Numbered from the stretch's first letter, positions 49,188 to 59,828 are shown. The stretch is 64,000 nucleotides of DNA from Promethearchaeota archaeon (GCA_011364925.1 RDOA01000001.1:127128-191127), one strand, 5' to 3'. Made by a program: numbers and translations. Notes: generated from the letters alone by a model not told the origin.

Positions 49188-50540
49188 TTACATATTAGAT
49201 AAAGCTAGTATTTCTGCTTCTTCGCGTTCTAATAGCATTGGTGTTTTCTCCCAACTTATCTCTTTAGGAAGTTTAAATTGGCGTAAAAACATGTAAAGAT
49301 GGATAAATCCGCTTATGAGGAAATAAAATATAAGCGAGTAGTGCTTATCACAATACTTTCTTATTGAGTTAAATATGTATCCAAACTGAAAAAATATACA
49401 CGACAAAGTCCATATTAGCATGTAATGTTCTCCGGTTAAAAATTGAAATATGGCAAATATTATCTCTATTGGAAGCCAAGTATCCATATTTCCGAGCGCC
49501 ATCATGGTCATATTTCTCGCGATAATTAACTTTTTACCATCTTTATATTCGCTCTTCATTGCCATTAATTGAGGCATATCAAATACATATCCCGCAAGCC
49601 AACGAGTGCGTTGCTTTACCAAAATATCCCAGCTATTTGGAACATACTCATAGACCTTAGCTTTCGGTGAAAATCGAATAAGTACACCATCTAAATTCAA
49701 AAGTACGGAGAGATAAAGGTCTTCCGTCATTGAATCTTCATTAAATCCCCCATATTTCTCAAGGTACTTAGTTCTAACCGCGAAATTCCGTCCAAAAGAA
49801 TAAGCAGAAGATCCTAACCTATTTTTAACTTCGAATAACAAGCCACCACCAGAAACCATGCCGTAATCCAAAAATATCCCTCTCGTCAACATATTGTCTT
49901 TCCAGTTCTTAACGAGTACAGGACCAATGACTGCTTCTGTTTTTTCTTTATGGAATGGAGAAATCAAGTTTTTAAGTGAATCAGGTTTTAAAATGCAACC
50001 TGAATCGTAGAGTATTACAATATCATTTTTTACATGTTCTAATCCATAATTGAGCGCAGGAGGTTTTCCTTTTTTAGGTAAATCCTTTGATAATACGATT
50101 ATGTCGATATCCTTATGTTCCTCCGAAAAGCTTGTTGCAAAACTTGTTGTATCGTCAGTAGAACCACTAGTTATTACTATAACTTGCATCTTATCTTTAG
50201 GGTAATCTGATTCAACAATTGAGTTCAAGGTTCTTTCCAACAACACCTTTTCGTTTTTACAAGCAATCATAATGCTAATGTTTTCATAATGCGTAATTTT
50301 AGGTTTGTACCCGCTCCCAAAGGATGCGAAGAAATGAACTCCATAATAAAGAACAAAACCTAACAACATAAATAATCCCACTAACGGGAACACAAACCAC
50401 CAATAGGTTAAAGGCGCTGCTAAAAAGGTATCAATCGAATCTTTTATCCCCGAAGTTAAATAAGGGGGAAAATAGATGTATAATAGAACTAAAAATACTA
50501 ACCAAATAGACCCGTACAACAAATATCTATACAATTTCAT
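49188..50540 (-). CDS. Membrane glycosyltransferase family 2 (cellulose-synthase-like)
   Basis: GSTD, GKPPALN, TEDL, QRTRW (QxxRW), WEKTP; TM helices at both ends. Confidence 0.9.
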   Translation of the reverse strand: MKLYRYLLYGSIWLVFLVLLYIYFPPYLTSGIKDSIDTFLAAPLTYWWFVFPLVGLFMLLGFVLYYGVHFFASFGSGYKPKITHYENISIMIACKNEKVLLERTLNSIVESDYPKDKMQVIVITSGSTDDTTSFATSFSEEHKDIDIIVLSKDLPKKGKPPALNYGLEHVKNDIVILYDSGCILKPDSLKNLISPFHKEKTEAVIGPVLVKNWKDNMLTRGIFLDYGMVSGGGLLFEVKNRLGSSAYSFGRNFAVRTKYLEKYGGFNEDSMTEDLYLSVLLNLDGVLIRFSPKAKVYEYVPNSWDILVKQRTRWLAGYVFDMPQLMAMKSEYKDGKKLIIARNMTMMALGNMDTWLPIEIIFAIFQFLTGEHYMLIWTLSCIFFQFGYIFNSIRKYCDKHYSLIFYFLISGFIHLYMFLRQFKLPKEISWEKTPMLLEREEAEILALSNM

Positions 50541-50565
50541 TTTACATCAACTCATTTTTTAATTA

Positions 50566-51498
50566 TTATGCTTCTGCTTTCTCAAGTTTCCTTAAGTTTT
50601 TCCAGATGTAGTTTGCAAAGAGAATAATTGATAAAACCATAATAACTAGTAAACTGGCTTGATAGATGAACATACTCCATGTAATTGTCCAAGCGTGAGA
50701 ACTGTTCCATATTGTTGCAGAAGGATTCACTAAGTAAGTCAAATATACAGTAAAGCTAGAGACACCATACATTACAAAAAATGTAGCACTAACAATTACT
50801 CGTGTAATTCTCTCTCCAATGAAAGGTTTTGTCTCAAGCAATCCCAAACCTTCGTGTCTCGCTCTCATATACTCGTAAATAAATATGAGAAATATGTTTG
50901 TCCACACCATCCAAGTAAAGTCAAGCCCGAAAGAAGGAAATACTAATAAACTCGTAGGAACGAAACATACCAGCATCAAAATATCACTTATTCTATCCAA
51001 GATATTGTCCAACCACGCACCAGTTTTTGATTTAATATCCAATAATCTCGCGATTGCTCCATCTATTCCATCACCAATACCTGTAGCTAGCACAAGTACA
51101 GCGAGAAGGAAAAACCACGATCCATAAAAAGGTTGTTGAGTAATGAGATCAAGCGTATGACCGGTACTTGCCATTATTACTCCCCAGAAAATGAAAAAAG
51201 AAGCGATCAGGTTTATGTACGATGCCTTATTCGGACTTATGCCCAATTTTATAAAGAGTTTAGCCCCTCTATAAGTTATAGGCATGTAAAGTTTTCCTGC
51301 GGGATCTTTACTCATTTTTTCAAACTGCTGCTCTACTTTATGGGCTTGCCCGTGATCCTTAAGCCAATCTTTTATGAATTCGTCGCATGTCATAAATTCT
51401 CTTTTTGGTTTCTCCTTAAAGACACTGCTAAGAAATATGACTATTAAGAAGAAAAGTAATACCAATGGAAATACTAATGTAAATAATAGTTCTGTCAT
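50566..51498 (-). CDS. CDP-alcohol phosphatidyltransferase family protein
   Basis: SPN, DGIDGAIAR...GAWLDNILDRISD signature, YMRAR, ER. Confidence 0.92.
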   Translation of the reverse strand: MTELLFTLVFPLVLLFFLIVIFLSSVFKEKPKREFMTCDEFIKDWLKDHGQAHKVEQQFEKMSKDPAGKLYMPITYRGAKLFIKLGISPNKASYINLIASFFIFWGVIMASTGHTLDLITQQPFYGSWFFLLAVLVLATGIGDGIDGAIARLLDIKSKTGAWLDNILDRISDILMLVCFVPTSLLVFPSFGLDFTWMVWTNIFLIFIYEYMRARHEGLGLLETKPFIGERITRVIVSATFFVMYGVSSFTVYLTYLVNPSATIWNSSHAWTITWSMFIYQASLLVIMVLSIILFANYIWKNLRKLEKAEA

Positions 51499-51703
51499 AA
51501 TGCTCGCCTAAATTATTACATTTGATATTTTTATTAAAATTATTTAAAAATATAATAGTAGTTAGAATTTAAATTATATTAAATTTATTTAATCGTAAAC
51601 CCTTGCATTCTTATTCTCTTTAAAGGGTTTTAATTTTAATATTGGACTCCTAAAAAAATATATAATTAACAAAGCAATAAATTAAATAGAGGTAATTGTA
51701 ATA

Positions 51704-52531
51704 ATGACAATTTCTGAGATCGAAATAAAATGGCTTAATTTTGTTAGAAGGCTTCGTGTAGTAGGAATTTTATTAATCTTCGTCATAATTCCGTTTCTGG
51801 CATTCGTAATGATACCGATTTATTTTATTTTGACTATGGTCGCTATAGGAGATGTGTCTAAACTTAATCGTGATTTAAAGGACCCATATCTTTTAAGTTT
51901 CCGCTCTAAATATCTAGCAGCAAGTATTATTAAACTCATCGGATCAATAGTAGTCCACGCGGGAGCATTAATGATAGCTTTTAGCTACAATTTTGGATCT
52001 CCATGGTATGGTTTTCCATATTTCGGCTCTTATCCTTTCTATTTCCCACCTGCTATAATTGTATTTATTGTTGGTTTCATATTCATGATTATAGGTAGTG
52101 CTATAGAAATAGGTGCGTGGGATAATTTAAAGCTCTTCATATACCATAATAAAACCTTATTTCCTGCAAATATTCACATTGGAACTATCAGCAAGATAGA
52201 GAATTTGCGAACAGGAGCTTTATTGTGGGCGCTTGGATTCTTAGTTGTAACTATTATCATAGGGTGGATAACCCAGTTAATAGGATATATTGGTCTAAGC
52301 AGCGTTGCTGAAAGAGGATTGAAAGGAGAACCAATCATACCTAAAACACAAGTATATCAAACACCACCTCCACCGACTCCACCGACTCCACCTCCTACAC
52401 CTTCTACGCCCTTTAGAACCGTCCAAGAATCACAACCTGTAGATGAAATTATATTTTGTCCTATGTGCGGAGCTAAAGTCTCACCTGGGGCAGTATTTTG
52501 TGGAGAATGCGGAGTTAGGTTAAAAAATTAA
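51704..52531 (+). CDS. Multi-TM membrane protein with a Pro-rich linker and C-terminal zinc ribbon (DUF973-like)
   Basis: About 5-6 TM helices, TPPPPTPPTPPPTP, FCPMCG..FCGECG. Confidence 0.78.
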   Translation: MTISEIEIKWLNFVRRLRVVGILLIFVIIPFLAFVMIPIYFILTMVAIGDVSKLNRDLKDPYLLSFRSKYLAASIIKLIGSIVVHAGALMIAFSYNFGSPWYGFPYFGSYPFYFPPAIIVFIVGFIFMIIGSAIEIGAWDNLKLFIYHNKTLFPANIHIGTISKIENLRTGALLWALGFLVVTIIIGWITQLIGYIGLSSVAERGLKGEPIIPKTQVYQTPPPPTPPTPPPTPSTPFRTVQESQPVDEIIFCPMCGAKVSPGAVFCGECGVRLKN

Positions 52532-52570
52532 ATATGGAACTGTTTTTTTTATTCTTTTTTTATCTTTATA

Positions 52571-53713
52571 TTAATTTGTTATATCGATGAAAGCTTCCTT
52601 TATTGCTGAGCAACCACCACATCGTACGCAACCAGCTTTGCTTTTTAAAGGATTAATGCCATATTCTTTCATTGTGAAAGCGGCTCGCCTATAGATTTCT
52701 ATTAATGAATTTGGGTCAGAGACGGGTAAATCCTTGACGCCTGGTATTGATCTCACAGGCGTAATATATGGTATAACTCCTATTGAAATCACTTTTTCGG
52801 CTCCTAAGATAAACTCATCCGGTGATTCACCGAATCCCGTCAAAAGATATGAAGAAACTTGATTATTGCCAAAAATTTCAAGCGCGTGACTCCAATTCTT
52901 TTTGTAGGTTTCAAATGTAATGCGAGACTTTCCCGGAGTTACTGTATTTCTAATATTTTGATCCAATACTTCAAGATGTATCCCAATGGTATCAGCACCC
53001 GCATCTTTTAACTCATCGATGTACGTTAAATCGTCTAATGGTTCAATTTGGACGTGTAAAGGAAGTTTTGGATAACTTTGTTTGATCCCTTTTAATAATT
53101 CAATGTATCTCTTTGCACCTTTGTCTTTAGTTTTGTCTGTTCCACTCGTAAGAGTCATATGATTGCATCTCCCTTCTTCTTTAGCTGCAGCGATTACTTC
53201 GCACATTTGCTTAGCATTTTTCTCTTCTATTGTCGCTCCGCTCTCTAAACTTAACTCAATGCCACAAAACTTGCAACCTTCGTTACATCCTTGGTACACG
53301 CATTTTTGATATATAGTGCTCGATAGGCAATCTATTCCATGAACCAGTGCAATTTTCTTCATCTCAATTCCGTCCGAGGTTTTGTATTCAGGGCTATAGT
53401 AACGTGGGTTTTTAACTAGTCTCAATTTACTATGCTCAATTCTGTTTTCCATATCAAAAATCCCAAAATACCCCTTAGTATTTTCCTTAATCACTAGATT
53501 TGTTTTTTGAGGGGTATTCCAAAGAACTGCGTTCACAATAGTTCCGTTTTCAAGAAGAAAATATCTTCCTCCTAACGGTCCCGCACCTCCCTTGCGACCG
53601 TACGATATCTCAATTCCTTGATTTTTATAGTGCTCTATTAAATTTTCGTCTAAATATAATCCCTTACACAGAATTTCAGTTTTTTTAACAAAAGCAGTGT
53701 GAGAGTCAAGCAT
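52571..53713 (-). CDS. Radical SAM protein, MSMEG_0568-like family
   Basis: RKGGAGP, IALVHG.DCLSSTIYQKC......GCKFCGI, HVQIEP, GIHLE, PGKS, AGCVRCGGCS. Confidence 0.82.
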   Translation of the reverse strand: MLDSHTAFVKKTEILCKGLYLDENLIEHYKNQGIEISYGRKGGAGPLGGRYFLLENGTIVNAVLWNTPQKTNLVIKENTKGYFGIFDMENRIEHSKLRLVKNPRYYSPEYKTSDGIEMKKIALVHGIDCLSSTIYQKCVYQGCNEGCKFCGIELSLESGATIEEKNAKQMCEVIAAAKEEGRCNHMTLTSGTDKTKDKGAKRYIELLKGIKQSYPKLPLHVQIEPLDDLTYIDELKDAGADTIGIHLEVLDQNIRNTVTPGKSRITFETYKKNWSHALEIFGNNQVSSYLLTGFGESPDEFILGAEKVISIGVIPYITPVRSIPGVKDLPVSDPNSLIEIYRRAAFTMKEYGINPLKSKAGCVRCGGCSAIKEAFIDITN

Positions 53714-53847
53714 ATTATTGCTATTTGGTGGTAAAAATACAATTTTAATAAAATTTTTTAACCATTCTTCATAGATTGAATTTAATAACCATTTATAATT
53801 TTATTTCTTATCGATTGTAAATGGTATTTTAAAAAAGTGATTTAAAA

Positions 53848-54474
53848 ATGGCTCATAAACGTCCATGGCACTGTTATTCTACATGGAATAGAAGACCTTA
53901 CCAACATAAACGTAGCGCTAATCATAGAAGGGAATACGCTCGTGGAGGGTCCCAAAGCAAGATCGTCAGATATTGGGGTGGAAACAAGGATATTCCTTGG
54001 GAATCATGGGAATTAGTGATCGGACTTAAAGTTGAAAAACAAATTCAAGTTTCGTCAAATTCGCTTGAGGCAATTCGTATTACTGTAAATAGTGCATTAC
54101 AAACTTACTTAGGTAGGACTGGCTATCGTTTTAGAGTAAGATCAATACCCTTTCAGAAATATCGAGAAAATAGAATGTTAGCGTTCGCAGGAGCAGATAG
54201 AGTGCAATCGGGAATGAGAAATTCCTTTGGTAGATCAACGGGAGTCTGCGCACGTGTAAGAGCGGGAGCAATTATTTGCGAAGTTGGCACTAGTTTAAAG
54301 AACTTACCAATTGTTCGAGATAGGCTAAGAGTTGCCTCAATGAAAGTCGCGAGCCATTGTTCTATCGTTATTTTAAAATACAAAACACCGGAAATATTTA
54401 AACAGGCGGGATTACCTCTCTATGACGATAAAAAGCGAAAAGAAGTTCCACTGTTTGAATTTGCTGTGGTTTAA
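53848..54474 (+). CDS. rpl10e: 50S ribosomal protein L10e (uL16)
   Basis: RPWHCY, LEAIRI, RENRML.FAGADRVQSGMRNSFG...ARV. Confidence 0.95.
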   Translation: MAHKRPWHCYSTWNRRPYQHKRSANHRREYARGGSQSKIVRYWGGNKDIPWESWELVIGLKVEKQIQVSSNSLEAIRITVNSALQTYLGRTGYRFRVRSIPFQKYRENRMLAFAGADRVQSGMRNSFGRSTGVCARVRAGAIICEVGTSLKNLPIVRDRLRVASMKVASHCSIVILKYKTPEIFKQAGLPLYDDKKRKEVPLFEFAVV

Positions 54475-54570
54475 ATCGTGATATAGCAGGTTAATTTAAC
54501 TTTAACTTTCATCTTTTCCAATTTTCTTCCCAAAGATATTATATTCTTTTTAAATTATATAATTCAGATT

Positions 54571-55575
54571 ATGATTCTAAAAGTAGGCTTAGTCGGAGCG
54601 GGTGGTTTTGGATCAATCCATCTTTTAGGATTTTCTAAAAATTCTCACTGTGAATTAGTAGCGATTGCGTCTAGGACTGAAGAACACGCTAACGCGTTAT
54701 CTGAGAAGTTTAATATCCCAAAAATATATTTTGGCGATGAGGGATGGCTAAAAATGATTGAAAACGAGAGTTTAGATGTTGTGAGCATATGTACTCCTAA
54801 TTACTTACACGCTCCAATAACTTTAAAAGCTCTCGAGAATAACTGTCATGTTTTATGTGAGAAACCTATTGCATTAAATCGAGAGGAGTTAAATCAAATG
54901 GAGTCGTTGTTAAACACCAAAGATTTAATCTTCTTTACATCATTTCAAAAGCGTTACAATCCAACCTTCAAATTAATAAAAAATATTCTGAACGAGGGAA
55001 TTCTTGGAGATATTACATTAGTAAGATATTACTTCAGTCATTATGGTCCGTATAAATCTTGGAGAGCCCTTTCCAAGGAAAAATGGTTTTTCGATTCTCA
55101 AAAAGCAGGGGGAGGAGTCTTGTTAGATTTAGGGGTTCATTGCATCGATATCTTACGAAGTTTATTTGGAGATTACGACAAAGTTGTTGGATTTGATTCT
55201 AACACTACTTGTATAGAAATGGAAGACGAGGATAACTGCGGCGTTCTTTTCCGATTTAAAAACAAATCAACGGGATTTATTAGTGTTTCGTGGTGTAATG
55301 AGCCTTCAGAAACAATAGATATATTTGGAACAAATGGATTTATTAAAGTGGATTTAAGTGGGAGGAATTCCCCTTCTTTTGGTCCAAAGGAATTGAAAAA
55401 AAACCAAAAAATCAAAAAATTATTAAAATTTAAACCCAGCAACGAATTCGCTCAAGATAAGTTGATCGATCACTTCATAAATTGTATTCAATCTGGGAGA
55501 CAAGAAAGTCCCAACTTTGATGACGGAAGAAAAGCTGTAGAATTTGTATTAGAAGCGTATTCTTTCAAAAAATAA
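54571..55575 (+). CDS. Gfo/Idh/MocA oxidoreductase
   Basis: GLVGAGGFG, ICTPNYLH, HVLCEKP, GGGVLLDLGVHCID. Confidence 0.94.
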   Translation: MILKVGLVGAGGFGSIHLLGFSKNSHCELVAIASRTEEHANALSEKFNIPKIYFGDEGWLKMIENESLDVVSICTPNYLHAPITLKALENNCHVLCEKPIALNREELNQMESLLNTKDLIFFTSFQKRYNPTFKLIKNILNEGILGDITLVRYYFSHYGPYKSWRALSKEKWFFDSQKAGGGVLLDLGVHCIDILRSLFGDYDKVVGFDSNTTCIEMEDEDNCGVLFRFKNKSTGFISVSWCNEPSETIDIFGTNGFIKVDLSGRNSPSFGPKELKKNQKIKKLLKFKPSNEFAQDKLIDHFINCIQSGRQESPNFDDGRKAVEFVLEAYSFKK

Positions 55576-55665
55576 GGCACTAATTTAAAAATTAATCATC
55601 AAATTTTTAATTATAATATCTCTCATAATTATTGTCAGAGATACACGAAAGGTGAAAGAATTACA

Positions 55666-57018
55666 TTGAAGGATTTACGACCGTTTTTTAATCCAAAAAG
55701 CGTGCTCATTATCGGAGTATCCCGTCAAGCTCTTTCTTTTAGTTACACTGTCTTAAAAAATCTGTTAGAGATATTTTACAAGGGAAGGTTGTACATTTTA
55801 AATCCTAATGCTAACGATATATTAGGGGTAAAATCTTACCACTCCTTCGAAGAATTGCCTGAAATTCCAGAACTGGCAGTTATCGTGTTAGGAAAGAACA
55901 TTCTTGAAGTTGTTGAGCAACTTGGACAACTTGGGGTAAAGCATATTGCGATTCAGACTGAATTAAAACCCGGAACGAAAGTAAACGATCTTACTATTAA
56001 ATTACATCAAGCCTGCCTTAAGTATGGTATTACCTACTTAGGTCCATCTATGCTTGGCATTATCAACTTTGGAGATAATTTTACTACTTCAATAATCCCT
56101 GTCCGACAGCATATAATGAAGGAGAACAAGAATATAAAAGAAGGAATTAGCTTCATTGCTCAATCTGGTGGTTTAGCAGGAGCAATGGGTTGGTGGACGC
56201 CTTCACAAAAGCTTCCAATATCAAAAGTGATTCATTTGGGAAAAGGTTTTCATATAAACGAAGCTGATGTGCTTGAATATTTTTTGACTGATAATACGAC
56301 AAAAGTGATCTCCCTATTCATTAGAGAAATTTCTGACGAATTAATTGAAGCCGTAAGGAAAGTTAGCAAAGAAAAACCTATTCTCTTTTATTATGTTGGT
56401 AAACAGGGGGATCAAGAAATACAACTGAAGAAAGCTGGTGGAATATCTGTCTTGAACTACATCGAGCTTTTTGAAATCGCAAAAATCTTTTTATGGTGCC
56501 CTGAACCTAAAGGAATCAATTTAGGAATAATTGGACCAAGTTCTGGTGCTATTCATCTAATCGTAAAAGAGATGAGAAATCAAAACTTAGCTTTAGCTAA
56601 ACCAAGTGAAGCGTCTCGAGATATTATTATGGATAAAGTCGGTGGATCTACTTGCGCGTTCGGAAATCCAGTTGATTACTGGCCGCCTGAAAAGTTCGTA
56701 GGAATAAGAATCTGCGGAATTTATAATACAGCTTCAGAAGCACTGTTAAAAGACAATGCCGTGGATGGATTGATCTTAGCCTTAGAATTCTTCACTGAAA
56801 TCGAATTTGATTTCAACATTTATTCTTCCATCGTAAGTTCTAATCCGACAAAACCAATAATTACCATTCTAATTCAAGCAGAGCGCGAAGGAGCAAAAAG
56901 AGTAATAAATTCCGCAACAGAATTGAAAATCCCCGTATTCGAAAACGAGATAGAAAGAGCGGTTCGCGGATATAGACTTTTATACGATTATTATTCAAAA
57001 ATTAAAAAAAGAAATTAA
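55666..57018 (+). CDS. NDP-forming acyl-CoA synthetase alpha-subunit homolog (CoA-binding), lacking the phospho-His loop
   Basis: FFNPKSV..IG, LGPSMLG, FIAQSGG, GNPVD; the SHTG motif is absent. Confidence 0.8.
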   Translation: MKDLRPFFNPKSVLIIGVSRQALSFSYTVLKNLLEIFYKGRLYILNPNANDILGVKSYHSFEELPEIPELAVIVLGKNILEVVEQLGQLGVKHIAIQTELKPGTKVNDLTIKLHQACLKYGITYLGPSMLGIINFGDNFTTSIIPVRQHIMKENKNIKEGISFIAQSGGLAGAMGWWTPSQKLPISKVIHLGKGFHINEADVLEYFLTDNTTKVISLFIREISDELIEAVRKVSKEKPILFYYVGKQGDQEIQLKKAGGISVLNYIELFEIAKIFLWCPEPKGINLGIIGPSSGAIHLIVKEMRNQNLALAKPSEASRDIIMDKVGGSTCAFGNPVDYWPPEKFVGIRICGIYNTASEALLKDNAVDGLILALEFFTEIEFDFNIYSSIVSSNPTKPIITILIQAEREGAKRVINSATELKIPVFENEIERAVRGYRLLYDYYSKIKKRN

Positions 57019-57020
57019 GG

Positions 57021-58295
57021 TTAGCTCGAAAAAATATCTTGTAGTTCTATTGGAATATAATCACTTTCGTCCATTAAAGATATAGCATATATCTGATCCC
57101 CACAATCGCATGGACTTCCCTCAAAAAGGTAAAATTTAAACTCATTTTTCCAATTACAAACATTCACTGTTTCAATATTTGCGACTTCGCCGCAAATACA
57201 ATATATCGCTAAGTCTGGGGAATAGTTGGGTATAATTTCATTAAATCCTAGTTCAGATTCGGTAAATTCAGAATCAGTTAACATTTGATTGATCTTATCC
57301 GCCAAATTATCTTTTAAACTAGGTAAAAAACCTGTAATAACTCCATCTTTGCCTTTCATCTCGGTTAATACAACGAAGTTTTTCTCTGGTTTCTCGTCTC
57401 GTTTCTTTTCTGGAAATATTGGTTGGTTGTATTGTTGTTGAAGCTGCTCTGGAATAGGGAATGGCTCCATACCTTCGGGATATTCAAACGAAACATAATA
57501 CTCAATAAGACCTCTCATTTGCCTTTGGTTGATTACTTTTAGATCTTCATAATCTCTGTGGTAGAGAGAAAATTTTATTAAATCCAACGGTACTTCCAAT
57601 TCCAGAAGGTTAGATCTAATATTAGCTAATACCTCGCTAACATAGCTCTTTACAACCAAAATATCGTCTCGATTTTTTGTGTAAATATCATCACGAGTTT
57701 CTTCCTTAAACCGGAACCATTTTTTAACTGCAGAGTTCTGTATAAATTGGGGTACAATGCAAAACGCACACATTACAATTAACATATAAGTGTAGTCAAT
57801 ACCAATACCGAAAAATGGTAATATTAAAAAGACTGCTGCAACACCCAACAGAGGAGCCATAATTTTTAAATTCAAATTTCTCCGCTTTTTTTCTATCGAT
57901 GTTTTAACTCCTTTGCTTTGAGCCACTTCCTCTGCTTGCGTTATTATTCGGTTCACTGCTTCAAGAACCCTTTTTTCCTCAAATCTTTTTTTGAGGAGTT
58001 TATCTTCTTCTGTGGTAGAATCAAAATTATTTATTCTCTCTACTATTTTTTTTGTATACTGCTCTACTTCCCGTTCCTTAAAAGCAAAGTCTAAAGGTTC
58101 TTGTGAAACGTAATCTAGAAATTTAATTACCGATAACTTACCCTCAATATCTTTAAGGTCCTCTGGTTGAATATTTAACGCTTCTTGTAGTACTTGACTT
58201 TGTGTTTTTCTTACTGGCCTTAATCGTCTCGATTTCTTATCGCGTTTTTCTGTTCCTTCAGATTGCTCGCTACTACTATTTTCGTTTTCGTTCAT
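57021..58295 (-). CDS. Hypothetical 2-TM membrane protein with a C-terminal Cys (Zn) motif
   Basis: 424-aa ORF; TM hairpin near aa 145-185; CICG...CDCG. Confidence 0.7.
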   Translation of the reverse strand: MNENENSSSEQSEGTEKRDKKSRRLRPVRKTQSQVLQEALNIQPEDLKDIEGKLSVIKFLDYVSQEPLDFAFKEREVEQYTKKIVERINNFDSTTEEDKLLKKRFEEKRVLEAVNRIITQAEEVAQSKGVKTSIEKKRRNLNLKIMAPLLGVAAVFLILPFFGIGIDYTYMLIVMCAFCIVPQFIQNSAVKKWFRFKEETRDDIYTKNRDDILVVKSYVSEVLANIRSNLLELEVPLDLIKFSLYHRDYEDLKVINQRQMRGLIEYYVSFEYPEGMEPFPIPEQLQQQYNQPIFPEKKRDEKPEKNFVVLTEMKGKDGVITGFLPSLKDNLADKINQMLTDSEFTESELGFNEIIPNYSPDLAIYCICGEVANIETVNVCNWKNEFKFYLFEGSPCDCGDQIYAISLMDESDYIPIELQDIFSS

Positions 58296-58437
58296 TTTAA
58301 TTTTAAAAATCTCATAGGGTTATTAGTTAGGTAATAATTAAGCTAACATAATTAACTTTTTGAAATTAGCGCTTTGAAAAAATAATTCCCTTCTTATCAC
58401 GAGTAGCCTTTATTACCTTTTTATCAATATATAATCT

Positions 58438-59274
58438 ATGAGTAAAAAATTAACTCTTAGAACTAAAGTATTGCTTGAAGGATTAAAATTTCCTGAAAGC
58501 CCAAGATGGCACGACGATATACTTTGGTTTGTCGACATGGAAGGATGTAAAGTAATGACGATCGATTTAAATGGGAACACGGAAATAATTCTTCAAAGGT
58601 CCAGTCGGGTTTCTGGATTAGGTTGGCTTCCTGATAACAGATTGCTCATAGTCGCGATGGACGATAATTGTCTACTGCGACTGGATCCTAACGGAGTGAA
58701 TGTGATAGCAGATTTAAATAAATTCAATTTCGTCTTAAGTAATGATATGGTCGTTGATAAAAAAGGTCGTGCGTACGTAGGAAGTTTTGGATTCAATTAC
58801 ATGGAAGGGGAACCTTTCGCTCCCACAAGGCTCGTACTTGTAGAACCCGATGGAACAGCTAGAGTTGTGGCAGAAGATATGGCATTTCCGAACGGAGCGG
58901 TTATAACTCCAGATAGTAAGACGCTCATTGTTGCTGAAACCTTTGCCGCAAAATTAACAGCTTTTGATATTTTGGATGATGGCTCGCTGACAAATCGCCG
59001 TGTCTGGGCTAGACTAAGATCCTTACCTCCTGATGGTATCTGTCTGGACGCAGATGGAGGTATTTGGTTAGCAGCACCTGGAAGAGGAAGAGCAGTTAGG
59101 GTTTTAGAGGGTGGAGAGATCACGCATATCGTAAAAGTTGAGAACGATGCTTACGCGTGCATGTTAGGTGGACTAGATCGTAAAACGCTTTTTGTTGCGA
59201 CTTCAAAACACACAAGAGACGCTGGAAGAATTGAATTCGTAGAAGTTGATGTTCCAGGTGTTGGACTTCCTTAA
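58438..59274 (+). CDS. SMP-30/gluconolactonase/LRE family protein
   Basis: FPESPRW, NDMVVD..GR.Y, FPNG, PDGICLDADG. Confidence 0.93.
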   Translation: MSKKLTLRTKVLLEGLKFPESPRWHDDILWFVDMEGCKVMTIDLNGNTEIILQRSSRVSGLGWLPDNRLLIVAMDDNCLLRLDPNGVNVIADLNKFNFVLSNDMVVDKKGRAYVGSFGFNYMEGEPFAPTRLVLVEPDGTARVVAEDMAFPNGAVITPDSKTLIVAETFAAKLTAFDILDDGSLTNRRVWARLRSLPPDGICLDADGGIWLAAPGRGRAVRVLEGGEITHIVKVENDAYACMLGGLDRKTLFVATSKHTRDAGRIEFVEVDVPGVGLP

Positions 59275-59357
59275 AATCAATTAAAAATGTAAGTTATATT
59301 TTAAAAAAATAGTAAATAAAAATATCCCCTTATTCCCAAATATTTTTTCTCGTTGAA

Positions 59358-59588
59358 TTAAGCGACGTTTTCCACTCGAACAACTTCAGGCACAAATTGT
59401 TTAATAGCTCGTTCGATTCCGAATTGGAGGGTTGCTTGTGCGTGCATACATCCCGAACAATGACCTTGTAGCCGTACTTTAACGATACCATCGTCAGTAA
59501 TGTCCACTAATTCAACATCGCCACCGTCCATTTGGAGTTGGGGGCGAATCTTATCAAGAACTTCTTTAACTTTTTCTTTATTAACCAT
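59358..59588 (-). CDS. NifU/NfuA C-terminal domain Fe-S carrier
   Basis: [28 protein letters not shown]. Confidence 0.92.
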   Translation of the reverse strand: MVNKEKVKEVLDKIRPQLQMDGGDVELVDITDDGIVKVRLQGHCSGCMHAQATLQFGIERAIKQFVPEVVRVENVA

Positions 59589-59828
59589 TTTAATCGTTTA
59601 TAGTAATTTTTTAATCTTAATATAAATAAATTAGTTACTCTATTTAAAACCAAGCTCTTTAAAATATGAGTATTCATTCACTATCGTTTATTTCTCAACG
59701 ATTGTTTTCGGAAAAAATATTATAAAAATATAGTGCCAACTTAATTTATCGAACTAAACCTAAAACCTCTTATTTTTCAGTTCTTTAAATGACCTTAATA
59801 CGACAAAAAATTAAAATGGCATCAAGTA

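Noticed and set aside
46468-51652. Identical 13-mer TATTGGACTCCTA at 46468 and 51640, both upstream of zinc-ribbon membrane genes
   Set aside because: Only two copies, non-palindromic and at different distances from the starts; compatible with chance
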